A stretch of 61,866 nucleotides of DNA, filler included, from Nemertoderma westbladi (lineage: Eukaryota; Animalia; Xenacoelomorpha), in assembly GCA_032718475.1 (NCBI GenBank). It is 3 parts of 3 records of this genome, joined end to end, with 100 filler letters (N's around TTAATTAATTAA, not from the genome) between each part and the next. Parts side by side here need not be neighbours in the genome. Positions count along the whole stretch, not along the records: positions 1 to 19,764 come from JAUCBJ010006661.1; positions 19,865 to 50,200 come from JAUCBJ010007406.1; 1 more part is not named here. One strand, written 5' to 3'. The translations under genes and the position numbers were made by a program. Under the pieces are notes generated by a model that saw only the letters and a list, made by a program, of their open reading frames with translations, did not search any database and was not told where the DNA came from. Below, piece by piece: positions 12,048 to 24,537 of the stretch (the stretch's first letter is position 1; the number at the start of each line of letters is the position of its first letter).

Positions 12048-12220
12048 TTGGGCATCGCACTTCTCAGTACGGCCACCGCGCTTCTCAGTTCGGGCACAGC
12101 GCTTCTCAGTTCAGGGACCGCGCTCCTCTGTTCGGGCACCGCGCTTCTCAGTTCGGGCACCGCGCTCCTCAGTTCAGGCACCGCTCTCCTCTCCTTTCGG
12201 GCACCGCCCTCTTCTCAGTC
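12048..12220 (+). repeat. 21-bp minisatellite (gggcaccgcgcttctcagttc), ~8 copies
   Basis: Directly visible tandem units. Confidence 0.9.
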
Positions 12221-12527
12221 TGTTTAAATACCACCCATATGGCATATGACTGCATCACCCTTCAATGCGATTACTATTTACAAATCAATAACTGTTATCA
12301 TTACAATCTCTTCTATACGCCAGCATCCTTCTACCATCAATTTATCTCACCTCACCTGTAACTGCTTATCGTTTGCCGTCCCATTTGTTGCTGTTTCATA
12401 TTTTATTGCTGTACCGCCCGATTAGGCTAATAGGGCCAACTTCTGTATCACCATTTGGCTACTCCGGTTACATTTTCTTACCAATTATTGCTAATATTGT
12501 TATCATTTCGAGATTCAAAAAAGTTTA

Positions 12528-12845
12528 ATGGATCCAAACACCACAATCAATCTCAGTTCCGATTTTATTTCCGATAGCGTCCTCCTCTTTGACCCTCCAT
12601 CTGTAGATAAACCATCTTTCCTCCTGGCTGGCCGTTCCATCTCTGAAGCCGACATCAGCACCCTCTCAGGCAAAAACTGGCTGAATGACAATATTATCGA
12701 GGCAATCTCTGAATTCTTCTGCCTCCAATACCCCGGTAAAGCAAAGGTTTTCAGCACCCAGTTTTTTAACACCCTCATGTCACCCAACGGGATCTCTAGG
12801 GTCCGCCGCTGGTCCCAGGCAGACACATTTTCCTATGATGTTCTT
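12528..12845 (+). pseudogene. Truncated Ulp1/SENP (C48) protease-like fragment, probably transposon-derived
   Basis: DISTLSGKNWLNDNIIEAISEF..KVFSTQFFNTL..RVRRW..DTFSYDVL resembles the N-terminal part of the Ulp1 catalytic domain; the His/Asp/Cys triad region is missing. Confidence 0.75.
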
Positions 12846-14775
12846 ACCACCTACCACAAAATTCGCCTACCACCAAATGCCCCCCAGAGAATTTTCACCC
12901 TCAGATTTCGAGAGTGGCGGTCCGAAACCCTAATTCAAAATGAAATTGCGGCACGAAACCCAATTAAAACTGTCATGTAACCCTGTCATGTCATCTAATC
13001 TATATGAGTCTCTGTTATTAATTCAAATCAATGAATGAGGTCATTCATACTATCATTCTCTGGCTCTACTTTTCTGGCCAGTCACGGTGTCACGGTGTCA
13101 TAAGTAAAATTAAATACACCGCCACAATTATTATTGTTTGGATGTTCCCATAGGATTCACTGGGGAGAGCTATCAGCTGACGGAGTAATACATTTGGGCC
13201 AATCCATTGATTAGCATTACTAGACCCTCTAATAAATTTCCATATATACATTATTTATGTTCATATTTATTTCTATTTTTCGAGCCCATAGGGAAGGGAG
13301 TAGCCGACATACCATACCAGGGACCTTACAATCGGGACTGTCTAAAACCCGGACCGGCCCCGGTTTCTACCAAACTATGTTAGCTGGTAGGTGTCCCCCA
13401 TCAGACTCATTCTGTTCTAACTGACACGTTGCAGATATGACCTGACCATAGGCTGCGTGTTTGGGTGGACGCAAACCGGTATGCAGTTATCCAGTCTGCT
13501 GTTAGGGGGCGAAATGTCTGAAAGAGAAGAACCTTCTCTATTTCGTTATTTATAATGATTTTTAGCTGATATTATATTATATTATATATTTATAGACAAT
13601 CAATAATATTTAAACATTAAACTACCACCACATAGCCACCACAGGCGCATTAACGATAAGATAATGATAGAGAATAAATAGATAGACAGCTCATGTTAAA
13701 TATAACGATAGAGAATAAATAGATACAGCTTATATAATAGTCATTATAAATATCAGGTTGAAGTAGAGCTACTTAATCAGAAAAAATAACAATACCAAAA
13801 CATGTCATTACATAATAAACATGTCATAACGTGTTGAAACATTGTATAGGTATTGTATTGTATTGTATAGGATACTTGGAAGCTGTTTACTACATACACC
13901 ATTAAACTGCCCAGTCTGCAGTTCTCCAGTCTATCGTTAGGGGGCAAACTGATAGCCAGTGAAGTCCTTCTCTTATTTCGTTTTTTATAATGCTTTTTTT
14001 GCTAATTTTGGCTAATTTTCATTCTTTAGAGTTGATTCTTTGCAGCGATCTAAAAGTACCTACTAAACTGTTAGCGGATCCAATTCGCTGCACCACCCAG
14101 CGGAAAATAGGGAAAGGTATGATTTACGAATCATAATTGGATAGGCGATATTAGCAATATAATATCGCCTACCATGCACTCCAGGACAATATACATATAC
14201 ATCTATTGGAGACCACCGAAACCTGGTCCAAGCTCGGCGAATTCATAACTCCTCTCGATGTTAAATTATCAATTTAGGGAAAGAAGCTACAGTTACATGT
14301 AATAATTCTAACCAGAACAAAAAAAGAAAAGTCAATATTACAGGTTAAAGTTGCATCAGCTGTTATTGAAGGACTGTAGCAAATTTGACGATAAGCGGCA
14401 TATCATTTTCAATGCAGCATGTCGATTAGAAATTGAATGACTGTATGGGTGCACTGCAATCTAACAATGAAATTGAGCTGGATCTTTTTTTCATCATATC
14501 AATTCGATTAAATTTGTTAATTTATCTTGATTCCACAAAGGCCTTATCCATATAGGCATTCATGTAACAAGGAATGGGCGAATAGGCTTATTCAATATTC
14601 ATGGTAATTAAATATATTGACACTTATATCATGACTAAAATTAAGATATTGTCATAAAGGAAGAAACTACGAAATGTAATTTTATATATATTTCAGCAGT
14701 TTATTCAATTTTGTAATAAATATATCGTACCGTATTTTCGGAATACACATATGCAATCGTTTAATAATCACACAG

Positions 14776-15409
14776 TCATATAAGTTTCATATTCTTTGCA
14801 AATGTTTTCCAAGCTTCTTCCATATGACCATCGTTCAATTCTATACTATCAACGATGGGATTAATTAATTCCACTTGTTCTAAGAAGAAACACGTGGTCC
14901 TATCCCATTCCGTTGTTTTATTGCCCGTTGGTAAACATTTAGAATGTATTGCCTTGTTCACTTCTCTTAAATCACTAACATCTTTAGCCATTCTCTCGAG
15001 ACCGTAATTGTGTATTTTGCTCCACAACGTTTTGTTAAAGTGTTGGTAGAGCATCCAATCTCCTAAATTGATTTCTCGTATTCTCAGGTCGTTTTTGTTG
15101 TTGTTCTCAGCATCCTTGTTGACATTTTTAACTTTATAAACAATATCTCCAAACTCCCAACACAGTATGTCCTTCATAAGTATTAGCGACTCTTCATAAT
15201 ATTCCAAGAGGATTATAAGGTGAAAATCCTTGTCTATTTCGCGAATTACATTCTTTATTTCAGAAATGTTGTTTTCATTATCTAGGATATATCCGAACTC
15301 GTTAAGCATTGGGTTCACAAATGGTTTCTGGTTGAACCAAACCTCCTCAGGATGATCCATGTATGTATCTAGTAACGATTTCCTTGGATTGTCTGATGTT
15401 ATTATAAAT
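14776..15409 (-). CDS. Galactose-3-O-sulfotransferase-like gene, 3' exon
   Basis: NPMLNEFG..FHLIILLEYYEESLILMKDILCW..DWMLYQHFNKTLWSKI..G..C is the GAL3ST C-terminal pattern. Acceptor tcatataacAG at 15411-15410 is phase-compatible with the donor at 19311. Confidence 0.88.
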
Positions 15410-15489
15410 CTGTTATATGAGAATGAATGTCACTAAAATTCACTTAGGTGATCAGTGATATGTTTTACAATTTTTATGAAAACTGCCTC

Positions 15490-15840
15490 AGGATGTCTGA
15501 AGAACTTATTTCACCACAACTATGAAAAGAAATGGGGCCAATATGTCGCTGTAATGATGGATGCATGTGAGACATTATCTATCTACATGACGTGTAAATG
15601 AAAGTCGTGGATCTGTCAAAAAATTAATTTGATTTGTGATTTTATCGGGAATCTCATGTGCTTATTTTATTGAAGATGTACCCGGTACTTAATGAAACAA
15701 AGTCAGATGCCTTGAAAGACTGCATGGATAGTGTGATAATGTTGCACATGGTAAGAAGCTAGTCAAACATTCTGTTCGTGTAAAGGGGTGTCTCAAACGA
15801 GCTGGTTCATGGTCTAGCGGCCACCGCACTGCAGATACAA
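15490..15840 (+). pseudogene. Possible highly decayed hAT-like transposase remnant
   Basis: Weak translated similarity (YVAVMMDACET, KSDALKDCMDSV) with many stops. Confidence 0.25.
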
Positions 15841-16037
15841 GGCTAACAAATCAGCAACTTGTACTGGGACGAATTCCATCCAAAAGTGCGCCATCAGGGA
15901 TAAGTGATGGGAATATGTAGTATAAGGTGATAACTTCTTATTTTATACTTTACACCACAGTTGAAATGAAAGTGTGTCAACATAAATTTTGTTAGAAAAT
16001 GTCCATCAAATGGATAATAAGGTGGTTTACAATAGTC

Positions 16038-17724
16038 CTCGGAGCCCCTAAAGGGACATGAGTTTCCCCTTTTTTTCTAAGGCCGGACCAGAGATACTAA
16101 GTCCTGGCCAGAGATACTAAGTCCGGCCTGTAGATACTATCTTAGGCTCTGAGATACTAAGTCCAGCCCGGAGATACTAAGTCCGGCCTGGAGATACTAT
16201 CTCAGGCCCGGAGATACTAAGTCCGGCCCGGAGATACTAACTCAGGCCCGGAGATACTAAGTCCGGCCCGGAGATACTATCTCAGGCCCGGAGATATTAA
16301 GTCCGGCCAGAGATACTATCTCAGGCCCAGAGAGACTAAGTCCGGCCGGAGATACTATCTCAGGCCTGTAGATTCTAAGTCCGGCCCGGAGATACTATCT
16401 CAGGCCCGGAGATACTAAGTCCGGCCCGGAGATACTATCTCAGGCCCGGAGATATTAAGTCCGGCCCGGAGATACTATCTCAGGCCCGGAGATACTAAGT
16501 CCGGCCCGGAGATACTATCTCAGGCCCAGAGAGACTAAGTCCGGCCGGAGATACTATCTCAGGCCTGTAGATACTAAGTCCGGCCCGGAGATACTATCTC
16601 AGGCCCTGAGATACTAAGTCCGGCCCGGAGATACTAACTCAGGCCCGGAGATACTAAGTCCGGCCCGGAGATACTAACTCAGGCCCGGAGATACTAAGTC
16701 CGGCCCGGAGATACTATCTCAGGCCCTGAGATACTAAGTCCGGTCCGGTGATGCTATCTCAGGCCCGGAGATATCTAAGTCCGGCCCGGAGATACTATCT
16801 CAGGCCCGGAGATATTAAGTCCGGCCCGGAGATACTATCTCAGGCCCGGAGATACTAAGTCCGGCCCGGAGATACTATCTCAGGCCCTGAGATACTAAGT
16901 CCGGCCCGGAGATACTATCTCAGGCCCGGAGATACTAAGTCTGGCCTGGAGATACTATTTCAGGCCCGGAGATACTCTGCTACAGCTATACAGTTACTAT
17001 AGTTTATGGGGTAGCCAATACTGCAAAGCTGTAGTCATACTCATATCCTCTCATTCAGGCCTTTGTGAGTGACCGTGGCCTATTTGTTTCGGTTTACAAA
17101 CACCTCTGTTGCAGTTTAACTTTATGCGGCTATTCAGCCATTGCCTCCAAATAATATGGAATGTTCTTATTATTGGTAGTTCAACTCTGTAGCCATAGAA
17201 GGGTATTATCATTAAGTGAATGCCAGTCAGTAGGTCGGCTTTTATTCAAAGGCACGGGGTCATGCCTCCCTCCAGACATGCCTCCCTCCATTACTTTGTA
17301 TTGTGCTAACAATACTCTTGTGTCTCCATATTAAATATCTCACAAATTGAAATGTGAAACTTAATTTCCATGTTCCCGTCAAGATGTCTGTAATTGTAGA
17401 ACAGCAATTGATCTGGCATTAACGCAGTTAGCTGATTGGCTGCAATTTGTTTCTGTTGATTGCTGTATCAGCGCTATAACGTCTATGAGCCTGTTCTGTA
17501 TTTTATCTCCGGGCCTGAGAAAGTATCTCTGGGGCGGACTTAGTATCTCCGGGCCAGACTTAGTATGTCCAGGCCTGAGATAGCATCACCGGACCGGACT
17601 TAGTATCTCAGGACCTGAGATAGTATATCCAGGCCGGACTTAGTATCTCCAGGCCGGACTTAGTATCTCTGGCCTAGACTTAGAAAAAAAACGGGGAAAC
17701 CCATGTCCCTTTAGGGGCTCCGTA
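16038..17724. mobile_element. IS3EU-like non-autonomous DNA transposon with tandem-repeat arms
   Basis: TIR cggagcccctaaagggacatg.gtttcccc at both ends, right terminus ...CTCCGTA, 6-bp TSD ATAGTC (16032-16037 and 17725-17730). TAY..RTA ends with a 6-bp TSD fit IS3EU. Confidence 0.8.
16081..16976 (+). repeat. 20-bp tandem array with alternating variants (ggcccggagatactaagtcc / ggcccggagatactatctca); inverted copy at ~17505-17685
   Basis: Directly visible. Confidence 0.95.
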
Positions 17725-18473
17725 ATAGTCAATGCTCAATGATAATAATAACATTATCTTCTGTGAAACAAAGTGCATGTGATCGAAGTAAATTTAGACA
17801 ACTTAAGTTAATTTTTCCATCTTTTTATTTACAATTAGAGCAACAAAAACAAGACCTTTCTGTTTGGGTCATATTACACATACCAGTTCCATAGGGTAAG
17901 GGGTTAAACTTATCGCACCTTGGAGGCACATTAAGGGAGCACAGAGGACAGAGGGGAGCAAAGCTCAGTTCCTGACGAACACAGTGCATGTACTTTGAGT
18001 ACGGTTTCTCGCACTATATCAAGGCACTTAAGAAACTGGGTTGTCATCGGGGAGAATTCACCAAAAATGCTGTGAACATCAAGGGTGTGAAGGGGCGTGC
18101 TCGATATCTTGTATCAGTTATTCATAGTGGTTGCGCTTGATTGTGCAGGTGGGGGAGCCTCGATAGTTATGGAAGTGGTCTGGCCGGTGAGCGCAGCCAG
18201 ACATTTAATATATGGCAGGCTCAGATTCTCTAAAATATATAGATGCCTCTGATACAACGCCAGATATGTAATGCTTTCATGATTACAACCCAAGACTGGC
18301 GAAGGCATAGTGTGGGTCAATGGCATATGGCTTCCGGCTGTTTAAATTACTGTGTTAACTCAGTGACCATGTTCTGGACAAACTCGGCCTGATAATCAAC
18401 ATTCTAGGCTCTTGAGAAGAGGCAGCTGGAGTCCAGTGAATTCGGTGCATCTTCTTTGCGGCCCTCGCAATTC

Positions 18474-18982
18474 TGGAACACAGCTCGGTGGAATAACCCC
18501 TGAGTTGTGACGCAACTGGAACACAGCTCGGTGGAATAACCCCTGAGTTGTGACGCAACTGGAACAAAGCTCGGTGGAATAACCCCTGAGTTGTGACGCA
18601 ACTGGAACAAAGCTCGGTGGAATAACCCCTGAGTTGTGACGCAACGGGAACACAGCTCGGTGGAATAACCCCTGAGTTGTGACGCAACTGGAACACAGCT
18701 CGGTGGAATAACCCCTCAGTCGTGACGCAACGGGAACACAGCTCGGTGGAATAACCCCTGAGTTGTGAAGCAACTGGAACACAGCTCGGTGGAATAACCC
18801 CTGAGTTGTGACGCAATGGGAACACAGCTCGGTGGAATAACCCCTGAGTTGTGACGCAATGGGAACACAGCTCGGTGGAATAACCCCTTAGTCGTGACGC
18901 AATGGGAACACAGCTTGGTAGAATAACCCCTGAGTTGTGACGCAACGGGAACACAGCGCGGTGGAATAATCGGTGACGCAAC
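18474..18982 (+). repeat. ~43-bp minisatellite (ggaacacagctcggtggaataacccctgagttgtgacgcaact), ~12 copies
   Basis: Head-to-tail near-identical units with no unique spacers. Confidence 0.95.
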
Positions 18983-19311
18983 AAAAATTTCCACACTTGG
19001 TCAGCATCAAGTCCGGAAGTGCCTGCATTGCCATTGATACCCGCAGGCTGCTCAGAACCATTTTGGCATCGATCTTCTCAAAGAGAACGCTGAGAAACTC
19101 CGATGCATGGTGAAACTGCCCAAGTAGAGGGGATTGCTTTGCTGGGGATGCTCTATACACTACTGAACTACTGCTTTCTATCACATTATTTCGCTATAGG
19201 CCTACTATAAACAGTCAATACATGACATCCATATCGTAAACAATTTCGAAGAACATTATGATATTAAAATGATTAATGTTATGGTAAAAGATGAATTGAA
19301 GTGACACCCAC

Positions 19312-19764
19312 TCGCACGGCGATGTAAAGTACTTGATGTAGGAAGGAATCAGAGTCGCTGGATCCCTAATATTAGTAATAAACTTTGTACCGACCGGCAT
19401 AATGTTCTTTATCTTTTTGTTGTACCTCAGATGTAGGAAAGACACATTAGGTTGCTGTGTGTAATTGTTTAAGTGTTTCTCCCACCAGTAGTTCCACACA
19501 CGCGGACTAGTGTTGCGTTTTGGGGCTCCGTTGCTAGGCATTGCCGGTGTCAGTTTATTCCAGAATGCGTGTTTGGTGAACATGGAGATCGTAGATGATG
19601 TACCTGTTTTGTGTGTTTTCAACCAAAATATATTCAACACTCGTCTTTGGCATGTTTCATTTTCGTGGTATACTAATGAGTTCCTTAATTTGAATTCCTC
19701 TCTCCAAACAATTGGTCCAATGAATATAAGAAGGGTTGTAGCAAATAATACTAAACGTATGATT
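19312..19764 (-). CDS. Galactose-3-O-sulfotransferase-like gene, 5' exon (start lies in or beyond the assembly gap)
   Basis: Type II TM segment IRLVLFATTLLIFIGPIV, 5'-PSB NIFWLKTHKTGTSS and 3'-PB TNIRDP..S. Donor GA|GTGGGT joined to the exon at 15409 gives ..TSPCE-FIITSDNPRKSLLDTYMDHP.. in frame (3.9-kb phase-2 intron). Confidence 0.88.
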
Positions 19765-19864
19765 NNNNNNNNNNNNNNNNNNNNNNNNNNNNNNNNNNNN
19801 NNNNNNNNTTAATTAATTAANNNNNNNNNNNNNNNNNNNNNNNNNNNNNNNNNNNNNNNNNNNN
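19765..19864. other. Assembly gap with TTAATTAATTAA linker
   Basis: N runs around an all-frame stop linker; identical at 50201-50300. Confidence 0.98.
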
Positions 19865-22800
19865 TCGGAGAACCCCGAACCGATATTAGCGCGTTGCCCA
19901 AACCACCAAAGTCTGCGTTACCAAGAAGGCGGTCGTTTCATCTCCCGTCGTCCCCTTTCCTAGCGTTCTGGAACCACCGACAACTCGACGCCGAAGTCCG
20001 AGCCCAGTTCGACCTCGACCACCACCCAATCGTATTAGAGGACGTGGACGAGACCGGTCGGCCAAGGAATAGGAAAGCGAGAAGAGAGGATATTATATTT
20101 GGATGTTATATTTGGATATTTTATTTGGATATTTATATTGGACGTTATGTTTGAATGTTGGGTTTGGAGGAGCGAGATATGGAAAGGAAGGCTTGCGAGC
20201 CTACCGTTAGCAATTAGTGCTCAGGAGAAGATATCCAGACCAGCAGGACGAACTTTTAAGATCGTCAGGAGAACTCTTTAAGACTTATTTGAAAGTTATT
20301 AGCGCATTATGTTTATATTATATTTGGACTGATTTAATTTGGTGAAGGTTTATTATGTATATTTACAATATATAAAGATTTATCGAAAGAGTTTGATTTA
20401 TCTGTTTGATTTGTTTGATTTATTTGTTCTGATTTGTTTAATTTGCTTACCTTGATAACCGAAAGCCTTTTTTTTGTATTTTAGGCACTAAAGTTAATCG
20501 TAAATTTATATTTGTATGTACGATCGATTGTATTTACGCCGTATCTGCAATATTAAGTATGCAATAATTAGAGAGTGATTATATTTTATATTTTAGGCCC
20601 TACCAGTAAATTTAGAAATAGTTTGTAGATATTTTATATTTTGATTGGTGAAAACAGTCTTACTTACTGTTTTCATGGAGCGGTGATGAATTATTTCACT
20701 ATAAGGTAGCATTTGTAGTTTAACTTTAACGTAAAAACTTTTGAAAATCCGACGTATTTTGATTAAGTTACAGTAATGTAATATGCCTATTCATATTTGT
20801 ACACATAAAACCCTTAGGTACTCTCGTGGCGTAGTGGTCAGATGGTTAAGGCGTTGGTTACATTACGTAGGTTACGAGTTCGAATCCCAGTCGGGAAATT
20901 TGTATTTTGGGGCCATTTATTTTCGTGTGGTGCTAATTGGTAGGCCAATGAGAAGCGTACAGCGTAGCGAATAATGAGCCAGGCCAATCATAGGGCATAA
21001 ATTATCTTATTGCTCAAATGTGAGGCAGTGGAAAATTCTGTTAGGATTCCATGTCCCAGATTAGTGTAAGGGCCGGACTGCGTTGAACGATGAGCTGGGC
21101 CAATCATAGGGCACGACGCACTTCATTGCTCAATGGTGAAGCTGTGGAAAATTCTGTTTAGTTTCCATGTGCAATTTCTAGTATAAAAGGGCCGTTTTGC
21201 CTTCGGTTATCACTTCCGTTATAATTTCTTATAACGTTACTCTATCACTTTATTCTTGTAAAATTAGTTAATTCGGTTTCTTGTTGAAACTTACTTTGAT
21301 AAATCCTTTGTTAAAACTGTAAATATACTGCAATTTCCTGACATGTTTTCTTTTGGTCCGACTTCGGGACAGCCGAACACCAGGGAGATGGCAGCCTAGA
21401 CCGTTAGGCCGTAAGCAACGCAGGGAAGGGATGTCCACAACACGCTAGCGCCCACATTTGGATTGACCGCGCACCCCCTTTGCCCTTCGAAATACTCCAC
21501 TTGCTATGCAGCGCCCGCTTTGTGAGAAGGTAAGACTTTGTTCGACGCCCTTGCCCGCCGTAAGACCTATAGATCAGGGTAAGCGTGACACCGCACTGGA
21601 CGCCGCAAATTTAGGATCAAATAATTATATCCAGACACCCCCCCCTTCTTGTCAGTCCTACGAACCCCTGGGTTAACCTGTACTTCCTACAGGTGCGAAC
21701 TATTGCCATTCGTCAGTACGCGAGTACACATTAGGTACGGACAGCATATGTTCCATAATTTAGTGATTCATAGCACTGACTGTTTGGTACCGGTTCGCTT
21801 TGTAGAACGTACATTAGTACCCCCCCCCCCCCCCCTCCTGTCTGGAGTTAGCTATTTGATCAGGCAAGGAGTATTTCTGCTACCGGCACACTGCTTGGCC
21901 TAGGGAGGTTTTATTAATATCCTACCGCGCCTTGCCACGTACTGATAGGTATTGCTGCTAACTACCGCAGCAACAAAATTCTAGAATTAAATTAGTATAC
22001 CAGATCAGCTAACGTACGGTAGCGATTAACCCCTATTCTTATCTTACAACCAGAATCTGGTATTAGTGCCGATCACGGGTGTAGTTACTAACACTGTGGT
22101 TGCCCATTGGGTTGTGGATAGGAAGGAGAGAGCTTTGACGTCATTCGTGAGTATAAAGTTCTACAAACGCGACTAGTTTATTTTAGTAGCTAGCGCACGG
22201 TATCATTTAGTCAGAAAATCACTAAAACCTAGTAAAAGGAATTACCCGAAATTGTTTTATTTGTAACACACCCACACACACACGCCCTAAAACATATTGC
22301 CCTTAAAGTTCTACTAGCTATAGCGTACTATACATTACTTTAGGTGGAAATTATTTGTATTTGTAAAATTAGGATCTGATTTAGTTGCGGCACAATAAGG
22401 AGTATTTCACTTTCGTTATTAAACTGTTGTTTGTCTGGACAACGGTATTGTTACATTTAGGCCTGACCTTTTAGACTGATTTCGTACAGGGGGATCAGTT
22501 ATCGTTACATTTAGGCACGACCCCTTTTCGACTGATTCAGGACTGTCAGTGTTGTTACGCTAGGTCTGTTAACCCACTAGCTCGTATATAAACCATATAA
22601 ATCACACCGCGGCAAGTTACTGTATTTAGGACTGTCAGTGATAGTTAGGATTCGCTGCGCGGGGATTGTTTTCCCGTGAGTTTGGTCTGTTACGGTAACT
22701 GTACATCTGCCTCACCGGTTAGAGGACAGGTATCCTTCTGTCTAGTACGTAGGCATTCGACCCGCTCACGTACATAGAATAGATACAAGGCTCTGTTCCT

Positions 22801-22957
22801 CGCCAGTAGTCGTTTGTGTACTATATCTGTTTGTTTAGATATCCTGGACTGGGATTTGTTGTCAGATACTGTACAAGCCCGTATACATTACTAGAGTCTC
22901 ATAGTAAGATACATCGTTACTAGGATCTGGTAAGCGGTATACTACTGGACCCTTACA
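19865..22957 (+). mobile_element. Probable LTR-retrotransposon-derived non-coding segment inserted into an RTE 3' end
   Basis: Duplicated CCAAT-containing ~80-bp block (~20975 and ~21090), TATAAAAG at ~21183, and a PBS-like TGGTCCGAC at ~21354 after ...TGACA. Ends ...CCTTACA exactly where the RTE tail (gcattttt) starts. Confidence 0.45.
20833..20893 (+). pseudogene. tRNA-like sequence (A/B boxes), not a functional tRNA
   Basis: tggtcagatggttaaggcg ... gagttcgaatccc; no convincing acceptor or anticodon stems. Confidence 0.55.
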
Positions 22958-24010
22958 GCATTTTTAAGAATGCTGTGCCGGCTTGTCAATAAAATTGCAC
23001 CGCCACAACTCCCTATCACCCATGACATTTGCTAGATCATCCGCATCTTTAAGGCCAGTGTCCTTTAAGATGCGTCTCAAGAAAGTCATGGGCTGTCCAC
23101 CATGCTTATTCACTCCATGAGGCTGCCAAAGTACAAGATTATGCACTGGCTGGTCCTCACGGCGAAAGCAATGTCCTGCAAAGCGGAGGCGATTTTGTTC
23201 TAGTGTCAAGCTTGGAGAACCAATGAGACACCTCCAATGTTATATAGTGTCTGGTTGGAGATGTGTGCATTGTACTTGACACAATGAACCCGGCGTAGCA
23301 TTCTTGTGAATGTGCCATCCAGAGATTTGGTGTCCTCAGCAGTTAGAGCCCAGCATGGACTCCCGTAGAGGAGTACTTGAACTACTGCTGCTCTAAATAA
23401 TCGAACCTTAAGTTTCCGATTAATTCTCGGTGACTTCCAAATCCTGGAAAGCCTATTCAAGGCAGCCCATGCCTTTCCCTTACGTATTCGAAGGTCCTCA
23501 CCTGACTTCCGGATCCATGATCCCAGGTAACAGAAGTCGTCCACATGCTCAAGCATACCATCCTTTGAGCTTATGCTCATCCGATCAGAGACTTGCTGAG
23601 GACTTTCAAAGTTAACTGTCAGATTTGTGGTCTTTCTGGAGTTAATAAAAAGACCAACACTAGAAGCAGCATGTTCTAATGAGCTCAGGAGCCGTTGGGC
23701 TCCTTCTAATGATTCTGAGAGTACTCCTAAGTCATCAGCAAAGTCTAGATCAGTTAGGTACTTGGCAGGATTTCCTCGACTTCTGGAGCCAGTAGGTGGA
23801 GTTATCATCACCCCATCATCAGTATGATGATCTAAGGACATGCGTAGAACATAGTCAACCACAATAATGAACAAGAATGGTGCAAGTGTGTCTCCTTGGA
23901 GGACGCCCCATAACACTTCAAATGGTTCTGTGTCACCGTCAACAGGAGACACAAATGTTGTCGAACCATCGTATACTGATCTGATTGCTGCAATAATTTC
24001 ATCATTTCAT
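22958..24010 (-). mobile_element. 5'-truncated RTE-clade LINE (RT C-half), frameshifted
   Basis: GVLQGDTLAPFLFIIVVDYVL, DLDFADD, DFCYLGSWI, VLLYGS, RLRFAGHCFR. Confidence 0.93.
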
Positions 24011-24011
24011 C

Positions 24012-24240
24012 GGGGATGAGCACGTTACAGAGGCTGGCTTATTTAACCAAAACAATAAACGCTATCTTACAAATTAAGGGGATGAGCATGTTACAGAGGC
24101 GGGTTTATATAACCAAAACAATAAACGCTATCTTACAAATTAAAGGGGATGAGCATGTTACAGAGGCGGGTTTTTCTACACCAATAAACAGCACTGTTAC
24201 ACTTTTATACTTTTATACACACAAATAAGGAAGGGGCGAT
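24012..24240 (+). repeat. ~66-bp tandem units of a dispersed family (GG..GAGCA.GTTACAGAGGC..AACCAAAACAATAAAC)
   Basis: Three units here; related copies at ~9075-9130 (-), 35180-35470 and 38640-38820. Confidence 0.8.
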
Positions 24241-24494
24241 TTTCCACTGTAAATGGATGAATTTTAATTTGCGTCGAAAGTCACCACCCTTATCTGCCAG
24301 TGCTGTAATCTTTATCCATATTGTACCGGACACAGGTAGGCCTACCATGATGGCCTGCTATACCCAAGCCAAACCTATGGTGCTGGTGCTACTGATGAGG
24401 TTTTGCCACAATCTACATCGAATAAATTTATCTAACTCATTTCAAAGTTGGGCAAATTTAGAGAGTAGTCTAACAAGCGCGAAATCGCGCAAAG

Positions 24495-24537
24495 AGATTC
24501 CAAGTCCCACGCTCTGCCAACTGAGCCACTGGGGCCG
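24495..24537 (-). mobile_element. tRNA-derived SINE head fragment
   Basis: Minus strand ggccccagtggctcagttggcagagcgtgggacttggaatc: A box and D arm only. Confidence 0.5.

Noticed and set aside
13355-13410. Hammerhead ribozyme on the minus strand
   Set aside because: Core reads CTGATGG rather than CTGANGA and spacing to stem II is wrong; kept only as a low-interest structured island.
19809-19820. TTAATTAATTAA palindrome between N runs (also at 50245-50256)
   Set aside because: Scaffolding linker, identical in both gaps.
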